Positions 47,146 to 56,341 of a stretch of 62,800 bases of DNA are shown piece after piece. This DNA comes from Promethearchaeia archaeon. Its GTDB lineage: Archaea; Asgardarchaeota; Lokiarchaeia; Sigyniarchaeales; SOKP01. How positions within the stretch are numbered: the first letter of the stretch is position 1; every line of letters starts with the position of its first letter. The notes beneath the pieces were generated by a model. It did no database searches. It was given only the letters and a program-made list of their open reading frames with translations, and was not told where the DNA came from. Where the stretch lies: contig JAHQWH010000012.1 in assembly GCA_029856105.1 (NCBI GenBank), positions 1 through 62,800 on the forward strand. Reading direction: 5' to 3'. A program made the translations under genes and the position numbers.

Positions 47146-48666
47146 TTAAAAGATTTCGCTAATATCTTTGTATAATAAGTCACTGTTGTTCTGAAATTCC
47201 TCGAGTGTAACAAACAAGCTCTGGAACGATGGTAAGCTTCCTAATATACTAGCGCCATTGAATATGGCAAATTGGAGGTTATCAGGAACGAAAAATCTTA
47301 TCACTTCATCAGATGAGTTGTAAAAACCAGAAAATTCTCTAGCAGGAGCTGATTGTTTAATAATCTCACGAGGGATCTCTGGTATATCAGTTGATTGAAA
47401 ATTTTCCCCACAAAAAGGACAAAATACAGATGCACTATCTTCAATTGTTTTTTTACACTTAGCACAAATTGTTTTACCATCCACAATATCTTTCTTCTTC
47501 TTTTTGGGAAAGTTACCAATAGAAAGCTCTGGTAAAACCATTCTCCCTCCACAAGATGGACAGAATTCCTTACCATCAGATAGGTCTACTAATACACCAC
47601 AATTTGGACAATTATCTTTTTGCTTTCGTGTTTTTCCCTTTAATTCCATTTTTTTATTTTTAGAAGGTTGAACAATTTTAGGTTTAGGAATTTTTCCCAA
47701 CTGGGGGATTAATTTGACTAATTCCAATTTCAACCTTTCTTCAAACCCCGAATATTGGAGATTACCACCTGCAATCATAATATGGGAGAGGAGGTCGCTC
47801 CAATAATATTTATCAATTCCTTGTAGACTGTTAATTACAGCTTGTGGAATATTTAATATGTTATAACCTAATAAATTGGGTTGAAACAATACCTCGGGAG
47901 CTTCGTGGAAAATATAGTTAGGAATATCAATACTAGCCCCGTCTGGCATGGCAAAACTAAAACTCTCGTTTAATTTAGGAGGATTTTCGGGATCCAAAAC
48001 GAAGTAACAGTTTTTCTCTTTAATTTCTTTAATTATCTCGTCAACAGCACTGGACTCAATATTAATACCCTCCCTCATTAATAAATTTTTTAGATGTTGA
48101 TTGACATCAGTTCCAGCTAAAGTCAATTTTTGAACTGATTGATCAACAATCTGCCCACCAATAATCGGGGTGATCCATGTAATCCCATCACCGCTCTCAA
48201 TTACTAACCCCGTCGTTAATCCTACGCTAAATAATGCCAAGACTGGTGTTGGAACCATTATTAAACTTTTTACTCTATGAGTTTCGTACAAAACACGAGC
48301 AATATATTCTTTAGTCTCTCGTAGGAGAAATGGTGGTTCGGTATATAATACGGGGTAATTAGAAAGATTTTCAATCCTTAAAAGTGAATAGAAAATGTAA
48401 TTTAAAATCTCATAATAATCGTTCCAATCCATTATCGCCCCCCTTTCGATAGGACGCTTTATTTTAAGAACGCCGCGCATTTTTACAACATCCATTCCAA
48501 TATATATATTACGTGCGCTTACATCAACCATAACAGCCTTGTATTTTTCAGTGCCAGTGATTGTGGGAAAAACATACCTAGGACTGGGTTCTCCCGCGAA
48601 TCCTATTTTAGTATAGGCTGAACCAATGTCGACGATAATCGGAGTTCCTGGAAGGGGTATTGCCAT
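47146..48666 (-). CDS. Actin-related protein with internal double zinc-ribbon insertion
   Basis: DIGSAYTKIGFAG, RPIERG, PVLYTEPP, TTGLVIESGDGIT, IKEKNCY, PEVLFQP, IAGGN and GASILGSL are collinear with actin. Confidence 0.93.
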   Translation of the reverse strand: MAIPLPGTPIIVDIGSAYTKIGFAGEPSPRYVFPTITGTEKYKAVMVDVSARNIYIGMDVVKMRGVLKIKRPIERGAIMDWNDYYEILNYIFYSLLRIENLSNYPVLYTEPPFLLRETKEYIARVLYETHRVKSLIMVPTPVLALFSVGLTTGLVIESGDGITWITPIIGGQIVDQSVQKLTLAGTDVNQHLKNLLMREGINIESSAVDEIIKEIKEKNCYFVLDPENPPKLNESFSFAMPDGASIDIPNYIFHEAPEVLFQPNLLGYNILNIPQAVINSLQGIDKYYWSDLLSHIMIAGGNLQYSGFEERLKLELVKLIPQLGKIPKPKIVQPSKNKKMELKGKTRKQKDNCPNCGVLVDLSDGKEFCPSCGGRMVLPELSIGNFPKKKKKDIVDGKTICAKCKKTIEDSASVFCPFCGENFQSTDIPEIPREIIKQSAPAREFSGFYNSSDEVIRFFVPDNLQFAIFNGASILGSLPSFQSLFVTLEEFQNNSDLLYKDISEIF

Positions 48667-48806
48667 AATTTATTTTTTTTTATGTGCTTTTATATAAATT
48701 TCCAAATTTAAATATTGGTATAATATTATTATAAAATGATTTTCTTTGATTAAATAATTTTTCCAAAAGAGGAAGCATTAATTAGAATATATTAATAGAT
48801 GATCTT

Positions 48807-48971
48807 CTATTCTTTTAGATTTTTAAATATTCTTTCGATAATTGATTGTTTAGAAATTAAACCTATTAATTGATTATCGTAGTTTACAAGAGGTACTCGC
48901 TCAACTTTCTGTTTAACCGTTTTTTCCAAGGCGAGCTCTAATGGTTCAATTGTTAAATTAAAATATATTTG
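48807..48971 (-). pseudogene. Single CBS-domain fragment, in frame after the ModE-like gene's stop
   Basis: QIYFNLTIEPLELALEKTVKQKVERVPLVNYDNQLIGLISKQSIIERIFKNLKE*; CBS-like 'RVPLVN...LIGLISKQSII'; no ATG. Confidence 0.55.
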
Positions 48972-49385
48972 TTAATCGATTTTTAAAGATTTTTCTAGTT
49001 TCTTTTCGATCCCTTCTAATTCAATTAAAAGATTTTTGTATGTTTTCAATAAATACAGGCCCCAATCGCTTAATTTCACCCAACCACCTCCACCAAGACC
49101 TCCTTTTTTTGTTTCTACGGGTGATATTCCGGTTCTAGCTTTAATTTTATTTAAAATATTCCATGCATATTTGTAAGAGTAGCCGCATTCTTTTGCCGCT
49201 TGAGTTAAAGATATAGGGGCTTTAACATCGGGTTTATCGATTTTTTCAAGAAGATTAGCCCAACCAGATCCTAAAATATTTTTACGGTCACCATTGTGAA
49301 ATTCTAGCCAGAATTTAATTCCAAAACCTATTTTAGCTTTTAATTTTTCGATATCGGGTTTATCATCTTCGGATTGTTTTTCCAT
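48972..49385 (-). CDS. ModE-type winged-helix regulator (DNA-binding domain only)
   Basis: SLTQAAKECGYSYKYAW and ETKKGGLGGGG motifs; no TOBE/Mop domain. Confidence 0.85.
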   Translation of the reverse strand: MEKQSEDDKPDIEKLKAKIGFGIKFWLEFHNGDRKNILGSGWANLLEKIDKPDVKAPISLTQAAKECGYSYKYAWNILNKIKARTGISPVETKKGGLGGGGWVKLSDWGLYLLKTYKNLLIELEGIEKKLEKSLKID

Positions 49386-49501
49386 ACTATCTAATTGATT
49401 TTCTTAATTTTAATATTTTTTATAAGAATAATAAGGCTAAAGAGAAAAACATTAAAGGAAAGTCATTTTTTTTTTTGTAAATATAAATTTGTTGACTAAG
49501 T

Positions 49502-50254
49502 ATGGTATTTTCTGGCGTAAGTAGTTCTGAAAAAAGGGGTAAAATAGTAATCGAAAACGTGTATTATTTTGTCGAAAATCCGATGTTGGATTGTAATCAG
49601 TTTATAATTGCTGATAAAAAAAACGATGAATTAGCGCTTTTTGACGCAGGAAATGGTCTTTCTTTAAAAGGGCTGATTGAAGGGATGAGTAAACTAGGTT
49701 TGAATTATGAACACATTACCAAAGTCTATCTTACTCACGAACATGTAGATCATGTGCTTGGCATATACCCATTGATTAAATTATTAAATAATAATCTTCC
49801 TGAGTTATTTGCTTATGGAGAAACGGCGAAGATATTGAGGGAGGGGGACGAATCAAAAATCTTTCCGGGGAATCTCGGGATCAGCCCCGGGATGTTTGGA
49901 CTAGAAATTATACCTTTAAAAGTTAGCGATTTGAAAGTAGAAGAAACGATTAGTATAGGTTCAGAATTTAATTTTCAAATTTATTACACACCAGGTCATT
50001 CTCTCGGATCAATCTGTTACTATGAGAGTAGCAAAAAAATTCTTATTCCTGGAGATTTAGTATTTGCGGGGGGCAGTTTTGGAAGGTACGATTTCCCGGG
50101 AGGTTCTTTAAACGCTCTAATTGAATCAATTAAATTTGTAAACAATTTAGATGTAAAATATTTGCTTCCAGGCCATATGAACATAAGTGATAATGGGAAT
50201 CAGCAAATTGAATCTTCTTATAGAATGGTCCAATCACTAGGAAGGTTTTTTTAA
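49502..50254 (+). CDS. Metallo-beta-lactamase fold hydrolase (glyoxalase II-like)
   Basis: THEHVDH, TPGHSLGS, GDLVF, GRYDFPGG and PGH motifs. Confidence 0.92.
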   Translation: MVFSGVSSSEKRGKIVIENVYYFVENPMLDCNQFIIADKKNDELALFDAGNGLSLKGLIEGMSKLGLNYEHITKVYLTHEHVDHVLGIYPLIKLLNNNLPELFAYGETAKILREGDESKIFPGNLGISPGMFGLEIIPLKVSDLKVEETISIGSEFNFQIYYTPGHSLGSICYYESSKKILIPGDLVFAGGSFGRYDFPGGSLNALIESIKFVNNLDVKYLLPGHMNISDNGNQQIESSYRMVQSLGRFF

Positions 50255-50415
50255 AATTTAAATACTTTTATCCTAGTGCTTCATTCTGTTAAGGATTTAC
50301 GAATATTAATCAAGTATACTATTTGATATATGAGAACATTTTTTAAATAAAAAATCTATATTGAAGTTAATCACCTAATTTAAAATAAAATAAAAAAAAG
50401 AATAAAGTAAAATTT

Positions 50416-51084
50416 GTGATTAAAATGTCTGAAAAAAAAGAAAAGATGGTAACCGAAATTTATCTACGTTCTTACCCAAAGATCATATTTTTCTGGCCTT
50501 TAGCGCTCGTTTCGTTGGTTATGTGGTTGTTACAGATGCTTGTTCCAACACCAGTCGCATGGTACGGAAACTTCTGGCTCGCTGTATTTGCTATAAACAT
50601 GTTTATTGTTGCTTTCGATTTTGGTAGCACGAAGTTTTTTGTTTTAATTCTTGTTATCGTTGTTGTGCTTTTACTCGTGATTTTTCTAATACCTGACCTA
50701 TTTGCGGGTGTTTCAGCGGAACCCTTTAATCCCGGGTTAACAACGAATTTCTACTTGGCAACTACATTAATAATGGCAGTTATTTTAGGACTGGTCGTGC
50801 TTGGTTCAAGGTTTGATTACTGGAAGATTGAGAGAAACGAAATTTACCATAAAGCAGGTATATTTAGCTCTGCTGAAAGATTACCAACAAAAAGTCTAAG
50901 AATTAAGAAAGAAATCCCAGATGTGTTTGAATTTTTCATATTACGAGCGGGTTCCATTACACTGATGCCTGGACACGGTGATGTCATCAATTTACCTACT
51001 GTACTTAATATCAACAAGAAACAGAACCAAATAGACTATTTATTGAGCCACGTCTCAATAGAACCTGATGAATTGGACGCTTAA
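50416..51084 (+). CDS. Membrane protein (4 TM) with C-terminal PH-like beta domain
   Basis: Four hydrophobic helices, then 'YWKIERNEIYHKAGIFS...AGSITL', which resembles bacterial PH domains. Confidence 0.65.
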   Translation: MIKMSEKKEKMVTEIYLRSYPKIIFFWPLALVSLVMWLLQMLVPTPVAWYGNFWLAVFAINMFIVAFDFGSTKFFVLILVIVVVLLLVIFLIPDLFAGVSAEPFNPGLTTNFYLATTLIMAVILGLVVLGSRFDYWKIERNEIYHKAGIFSSAERLPTKSLRIKKEIPDVFEFFILRAGSITLMPGHGDVINLPTVLNINKKQNQIDYLLSHVSIEPDELDA

Positions 51085-51269
51085 TTTCCTTTAATATCAA
51101 ATTAGATAAAAAATTTTTATTTTTTTTTAATTTTAATTTTTTTTATTTTCTTGTTGCATTGACAGTTATTACATTTAGTCAACAAATCAATCATTTAATT
51201 TAAAAAATCTCGCAGATGATATCAAATGAAAGAAGAAGGTTCGGAGGATGTTTCAAGATTTATAATATA

Positions 51270-51299
51270 TATAAACCAATTATAGAAAATTGGTTTATA
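51270..51299. promoter_or_regulatory. Perfect 12-bp inverted repeat upstream of the heliorhodopsin gene
   Basis: TATAAACCAATT-atagaa-AATTGGTTTATA, about 110 bp before ATG 51407. Confidence 0.45.
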
Positions 51300-51406
51300 A
51301 AAAATACATATTTAGCTTAAAAAGTTAAAAAGTTAAAATAAATTTAAACTGAAAATTTATAATTTTAATAGGGATTTTTTAAATTCTTAAGTGAACAATT
51401 AAGATT

Positions 51407-52246
51407 ATGACTGATATGAAAAATAAAGAAGAAGATTGGGTAATTCCAAAATCAGAGATAACTTTTGAATATCTAAAAAAATTCAATCGAAGTGCGATGA
51501 TTTTACATTTAGTACAAGGTCTACTAATGGTATTATTTGGATTTTTACCCTTCTTAGATTTTTCAATGGATATATATACATTCTATTTAGAGTTTGATCT
51601 CGGACCTCCACCTACATTATCTCCAAATCCCGAAGTGATATTTACCTTCACTGTTTTAGGAGCTTTCGTCGGAACATTCCTTCTCTTATCTGCAATTGCC
51701 CACTTTCTCATTGCTTACCCTTTAAACAAATTGTATATCAGAGATCTAAAGAAAGGAATAAATAAAGTGCGTTGGTTTGAATATGCACTTTCCAGTTCCA
51801 TTATGATTGTTCTTATCGCTTTATTCTTTGGAGTCTTAGATTTCTGGGCTTTATTTATGATATTCATATCTAATGCCCTTATGAATATGTTTGGGCTAAT
51901 GATGGAACTCCATAACGTATATACGAGGAAATTGAAGGAAAAAGTTAGATGGACGGCTTATTATCTTGGTGTTATAGCTGGTGCAGTTCCTTGGATCGTT
52001 ATTACCGCATATTTCATTAATACCGGCGTAGAAGGTGGAGAGATTCCCGGTTTCGTATATTGGATTTACGCAATTGAATTAATCTTCTTTAATACATTTG
52101 CAATTAATATGATCCTTCAATACAAAGGAATAGGTAAGTGGAAAGATTATTTATATGGAGAAAGAGTGTACATCATACTTAGTTTAGTCTCCAAAACATT
52201 TTTGGCGTGGTTGGTTTTTGGAGGAGTGTTCTCTCCAACTGGATAA
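51407..52246 (+). CDS. Heliorhodopsin
   Basis: ILHLVQ, SAIAHF, RWFEYALSSSIM (counterion Glu), MFGLMME, PW, FAINM, YGERVYIILSLVSKTFLAW (retinal-binding Lys in SxxxK). Confidence 0.96.
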   Translation: MTDMKNKEEDWVIPKSEITFEYLKKFNRSAMILHLVQGLLMVLFGFLPFLDFSMDIYTFYLEFDLGPPPTLSPNPEVIFTFTVLGAFVGTFLLLSAIAHFLIAYPLNKLYIRDLKKGINKVRWFEYALSSSIMIVLIALFFGVLDFWALFMIFISNALMNMFGLMMELHNVYTRKLKEKVRWTAYYLGVIAGAVPWIVITAYFINTGVEGGEIPGFVYWIYAIELIFFNTFAINMILQYKGIGKWKDYLYGERVYIILSLVSKTFLAWLVFGGVFSPTG

Positions 52247-52393
52247 CTAATTTTTTTTTTTTATTTTTTATTTAGAAATGTAACTTTCAAAAATAAATTG
52301 AATTTTGCTCAGAATTATGCTACATCTATTTTTTTAGGTTTTTTTTTGATTATCATTAGATTTAAGAATTAAATTATATTTTTAGTAATACTT

Positions 52394-53119
52394 ATGTCTC
52401 ATCCTCCAATTTTATTACTTGATTTTGATGGCGTTGTTATAACCCAAAAAGCTTTAGAATACGCCGCTTTGATTCATCTGAGGAAAACCTTCTATAAGTG
52501 GCAAAATATTAAACATTTAAGGCTTATAGATATAGCGAGGCTTTTTGAGGAAGCGGATTCGCAAAATAAAATTAAGGCTTTGATTAAGGTATATCGAGTA
52601 TATAAACGATTTATTCCGAGTAGATGGAGGCGAATCTTCTTTTTTATCAGGTTTAGGAGGATGTATCCTAAATACGAAAAATACGAAACGTTCAAACCTA
52701 ATTTAGAAGGAATTTTAAACGAATTAAAGAAGTGTGGAGTAATATTTGGGATCGTTTCAAATACAAGTGGAGAAAGGTTAGATTTTTTTAGGAAGAAATT
52801 AAATTTAGACTCCTATTTTTCCGCTTTTGTTTCCCGCGATGATACTCCGTTAAGAAAACCTCATGGTTATCCTGTTTTCGTTGCATTAAAACAAATTAAA
52901 CAAAACCTAAAAAGCCCTATAGATAAAACAAATGTGTTTCTAATCGGAGACCTTCCTACAGATATAGAATGTGCAAATAATGCGGGAATCATTAGTATTG
53001 CTCTACTTTCGGGGCATGGCACAAAAAATGGTTTGGAGAAGGCCAATCCAAGCGTTGTTCTTCGAGAAATCAAGGAGATTTTGGAGATTGACACATTCAA
53101 AAAATTATTATTGGATTAA
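52394..53119 (+). CDS. HAD-superfamily hydrolase (phosphoglycolate phosphatase-like)
   Basis: DFDGV, VSN, KPH and IGDLPTD motifs. Confidence 0.9.
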   Translation: MSHPPILLLDFDGVVITQKALEYAALIHLRKTFYKWQNIKHLRLIDIARLFEEADSQNKIKALIKVYRVYKRFIPSRWRRIFFFIRFRRMYPKYEKYETFKPNLEGILNELKKCGVIFGIVSNTSGERLDFFRKKLNLDSYFSAFVSRDDTPLRKPHGYPVFVALKQIKQNLKSPIDKTNVFLIGDLPTDIECANNAGIISIALLSGHGTKNGLEKANPSVVLREIKEILEIDTFKKLLLD

Positions 53120-53132
53120 ACATTAAATTTCG

Positions 53133-55874
53133 TTGATAATGTTTAATTTGGAAGAGTTTGAACGAGATCAAGATATTTATCCTATAGTTGAGAAACTCAG
53201 CAAGTTTCTTGATAAAAAAAAGATTGCAAAAGCAGAAAAAGTAATTGAACAACTGGATCAGTTATTAAAGGAACAAGAACACATAGTTCCAATAACTTAT
53301 ATATTAAGCATCTTAGCAGAACACGATTTCGAACTGATTTCTGAAAGTATCTTTAAGAAAGTAGAAGGTTATTGCGATTCCAAAGATCCAAAATTAAGGG
53401 TCAATACACTAATAATAATCGGCTTTGCAATGCTAGGAAATCAAAAGTATGTCGATAAATACTTTCAAAATTTCGTTAATAATTTGAGTAACGAAAATAA
53501 AGACATACGAGATAATGTCCATTACTTCTTGCAAGAAATTGTTGATAAAAAACCAAAATCAATTTGTTCCTATAGAAAGGATTTAATTAATGCTTTAATT
53601 ATAGAAGAGGATAAGGAAAATCTCGTTTCAATTATAAATTTTTTAGAGAAGTGTACCAATTTTGATTTTAAAAACCTATTTGATTTTAGAGACATTTCGA
53701 AATCACTTTTAACTAAATTTTATAGTAAAAAGCACTCAGGAATTTATTCAAAATTATTAACTTTGATTAAAACTATTTTTCCATCGTTAAAGGAAATAGA
53801 TGTTGAAAGTCTCGAATTAGACGAGCTTTTAAACTTACTAGATAAGATATTTCTTATGAAAAAATATAACTTTACGGAATTATCTGAAAAGACGGGAGTC
53901 ACATTAGAGAAATTTATTAAAATCAAAAAAAGGACAGAGAGAAAAGACCAAAAAATCTATTTTTACATTAAATTTAACGAGAATAAATTAATTTATTTTT
54001 ATGAGCTGGAAAAAGAGAAGTTAATTAAATTATTTGGAAAGGCTGAAAAATTACAGAAAAGAGAAATTTTCGTTATATTTAATCAAATAATTGACACCGA
54101 ACTTGAGTTGAGATCATTCTTAAATACGTTAATAAAGTTGAATCATATTGATGGATATTACTCAAAATTGGGTTATTTTTATTCTTTTAACTATGTAAAA
54201 TCAAACCTGTTAGAAAGTTTAAATAAGAAGGGGATGGTGAACCTCAAAAATTTTGATTACTTACCTCCGGAGTTTAATAATAGAGTTATAAAATACATAT
54301 CAAGTTCGACTAAACAAGTATTTTTATCCGGTAAAAACAATATAGCGTATTATTCTTTAAAAAAAATCCAACAACAAATAAATACCGAAGCTGCAAAAAA
54401 TACTTCTATCGATTTAAAAACCTATCGTGAGCGGTTAACGGAAAAAGACTTTATTAAATTAATAAAAAACTTACCAAAGGGTTATTTAGCTCCATATCGG
54501 AAAGGAACTCAATTGTTAACCAATGTAGGGTTATTGAAGGTTAAAAATGAGATAGAAAACTCTAAATTGATTGGGTATTATTCAATACCAGCGATCTCTG
54601 AAAAGCTAAACCTTAAAAAAGTTTTACTCATCGAGATCTTAGATGAATTTATAGATAAAAGGAGTGGAATTTTCGATAAAAACAGAGAAATTTTTTATTA
54701 CTTAAAGTTTTTAAACCAGAAGATTGAGCAAATAAATTCTATATCAAATCCAGATAAAAAAGAAGTACAAATAAATTTAATGGCAAAGGAACTCAACATA
54801 GAAAGAAATCGCATTCTTACAAAATTAGATGAAAAATTAAAACTTATTGAGGAAGAAATAAGAGAAAAGGATCAAATCAATATCCATGAATATAGTGAAA
54901 AAACGGGGATGGATAAAGATGGATTTATAGAATATATCAATAACTTGGGTCTGAATTATTTTAAAAAGGGAGACCTTCTCATTTTTAACGAATTGAAAAT
55001 TAACGGTGCTAAAAAAGACATCAAATCAATGCTTATAAAAAAATCTAAATCTGAAAATTGGATTCTTTTGGGAGACATTGATGTTTCCTCAAGTATTGTT
55101 GAAAATTTATTAAAGGAATTACAAAGCGATGAAAAAATAAAAGGAATTTTTCATATTAATGAAGGTGAATTGATTTTTTACACAGAAAAAGGAATCGAAA
55201 GTTTAATGCTGGAAAATAGTATGATGTTTTCTTTCCACGACATTTTTTACGGAAAGAAATTGAACGATAAAGAAATTGAGCTCTTACTTTCAATTCTTAA
55301 CCTTTTACTTAACAATAAAAAGCTAAAAGGTACTTTTGACAATGATTCGCTAACATTTGCTAGTTCTGACGTAATTTTCGCTCAAGATTATAATATAGTA
55401 CTATTTGAGTGTGAAAAAATAATAAACGCATATATTAAAACCTTCAATACTGAATTTGAAAAAATAAAAAAAATCTTAACGAAACGGAATGAAACAATAT
55501 TTCCTCAAGAAATTAAACTGATTCAAGAAACAATTGATAATATTAATGAAAAATATGTACGGTGGAGAAGTAACTTAGAAGCTTTTGTGAGAAAAGCTAA
55601 CATCACGCTTCTAAAAAAGCAAGGTTATTCAATTAAAAGATATAAAACACTATCATTATCTCCCGAAAAAAAAGAGGATATAAAATCTTTTGAGAACGAT
55701 CCAGAAGTTATAGATCTCTTATCTGGCTTTAACAGGTGGGTAAAATTATTCAACGCGTTAGAAATAAAATATGGGAATATTATTTTTTATCAAAAAAGGT
55801 TAATTAACGACGCGGATAATGTAGAAAATCGGAAAAAATTAGATGAATTGCTAATACAATTAAATTTAACTTGA
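53133..55874 (+). CDS. Large HEAT-like plus tandem PCI/winged-helix repeat protein
   Basis: N-terminal HEAT-like units (DSKDPKLRVN, SNENKDIRDN); repeated 'LIKLNHIDG', 'LQSDEKIKGIF' and 'LLNNKKLKGTFD' PCI-like ends. Confidence 0.6.
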   Translation: MIMFNLEEFERDQDIYPIVEKLSKFLDKKKIAKAEKVIEQLDQLLKEQEHIVPITYILSILAEHDFELISESIFKKVEGYCDSKDPKLRVNTLIIIGFAMLGNQKYVDKYFQNFVNNLSNENKDIRDNVHYFLQEIVDKKPKSICSYRKDLINALIIEEDKENLVSIINFLEKCTNFDFKNLFDFRDISKSLLTKFYSKKHSGIYSKLLTLIKTIFPSLKEIDVESLELDELLNLLDKIFLMKKYNFTELSEKTGVTLEKFIKIKKRTERKDQKIYFYIKFNENKLIYFYELEKEKLIKLFGKAEKLQKREIFVIFNQIIDTELELRSFLNTLIKLNHIDGYYSKLGYFYSFNYVKSNLLESLNKKGMVNLKNFDYLPPEFNNRVIKYISSSTKQVFLSGKNNIAYYSLKKIQQQINTEAAKNTSIDLKTYRERLTEKDFIKLIKNLPKGYLAPYRKGTQLLTNVGLLKVKNEIENSKLIGYYSIPAISEKLNLKKVLLIEILDEFIDKRSGIFDKNREIFYYLKFLNQKIEQINSISNPDKKEVQINLMAKELNIERNRILTKLDEKLKLIEEEIREKDQINIHEYSEKTGMDKDGFIEYINNLGLNYFKKGDLLIFNELKINGAKKDIKSMLIKKSKSENWILLGDIDVSSSIVENLLKELQSDEKIKGIFHINEGELIFYTEKGIESLMLENSMMFSFHDIFYGKKLNDKEIELLLSILNLLLNNKKLKGTFDNDSLTFASSDVIFAQDYNIVLFECEKIINAYIKTFNTEFEKIKKILTKRNETIFPQEIKLIQETIDNINEKYVRWRSNLEAFVRKANITLLKKQGYSIKRYKTLSLSPEKKEDIKSFENDPEVIDLLSGFNRWVKLFNALEIKYGNIIFYQKRLINDADNVENRKKLDELLIQLNLT

Positions 55875-55889
55875 AAATTTTGAGAATCT

Positions 55890-56177
55890 CTAAGTGTTTC
55901 TCTTACTTTCAATTTGAGAGATAATTTCTTCGATGTTTATTTTTTGATCTGATTTGATTTTATAAGATTTAGGAGAATATATGCCATTCATCTCTAAAAT
56001 ACCTTCCTTTTCAAGAAAGTCGAGAGATCTCCAAATAAAGTTAATTTTAGACCGATTAGAGGGTTTAATGTTATTACATCTTCTTATACTCTTAGTAGTA
56101 ACTAAATTGACACTATTATCTATTAATTTATTTATCGCCTCTAATGTTTCGCGTAAATTTTTAGAAAAAAAGTCCAT
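55890..56177 (-). CDS. Small putative winged-helix protein
   Basis: 'INFIWRSLDFLEKEGILEMNG...PKSYKI' recognition helix plus wing; GGAGG upstream. Confidence 0.6.
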   Translation of the reverse strand: MDFFSKNLRETLEAINKLIDNSVNLVTTKSIRRCNNIKPSNRSKINFIWRSLDFLEKEGILEMNGIYSPKSYKIKSDQKINIEEIISQIESKRNT

Positions 56178-56341
56178 GAGAGCCTCCCTTAGTAAAAAAA
56201 GAAATTTCGTAACTTCGTGTATTTATTTATTCGCAAGGATTTAAAAACTTTTATTCTTCTTAACTAAAAACGCTCAAAATAAGCTACATTGTAAAATTTG
56301 AAGAACTTGTAAAGAACATTTTGAATTTATTTATATATTTC

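Noticed and set aside
48889-48939. Possible structured RNA (AGAG-gta-CTCGC ... GCGAG-CTCT) upstream of the actin-like gene
   Set aside because: The stem is short with a long unstructured loop; the higher GC is better explained by the CBS-like coding relic on the minus strand.
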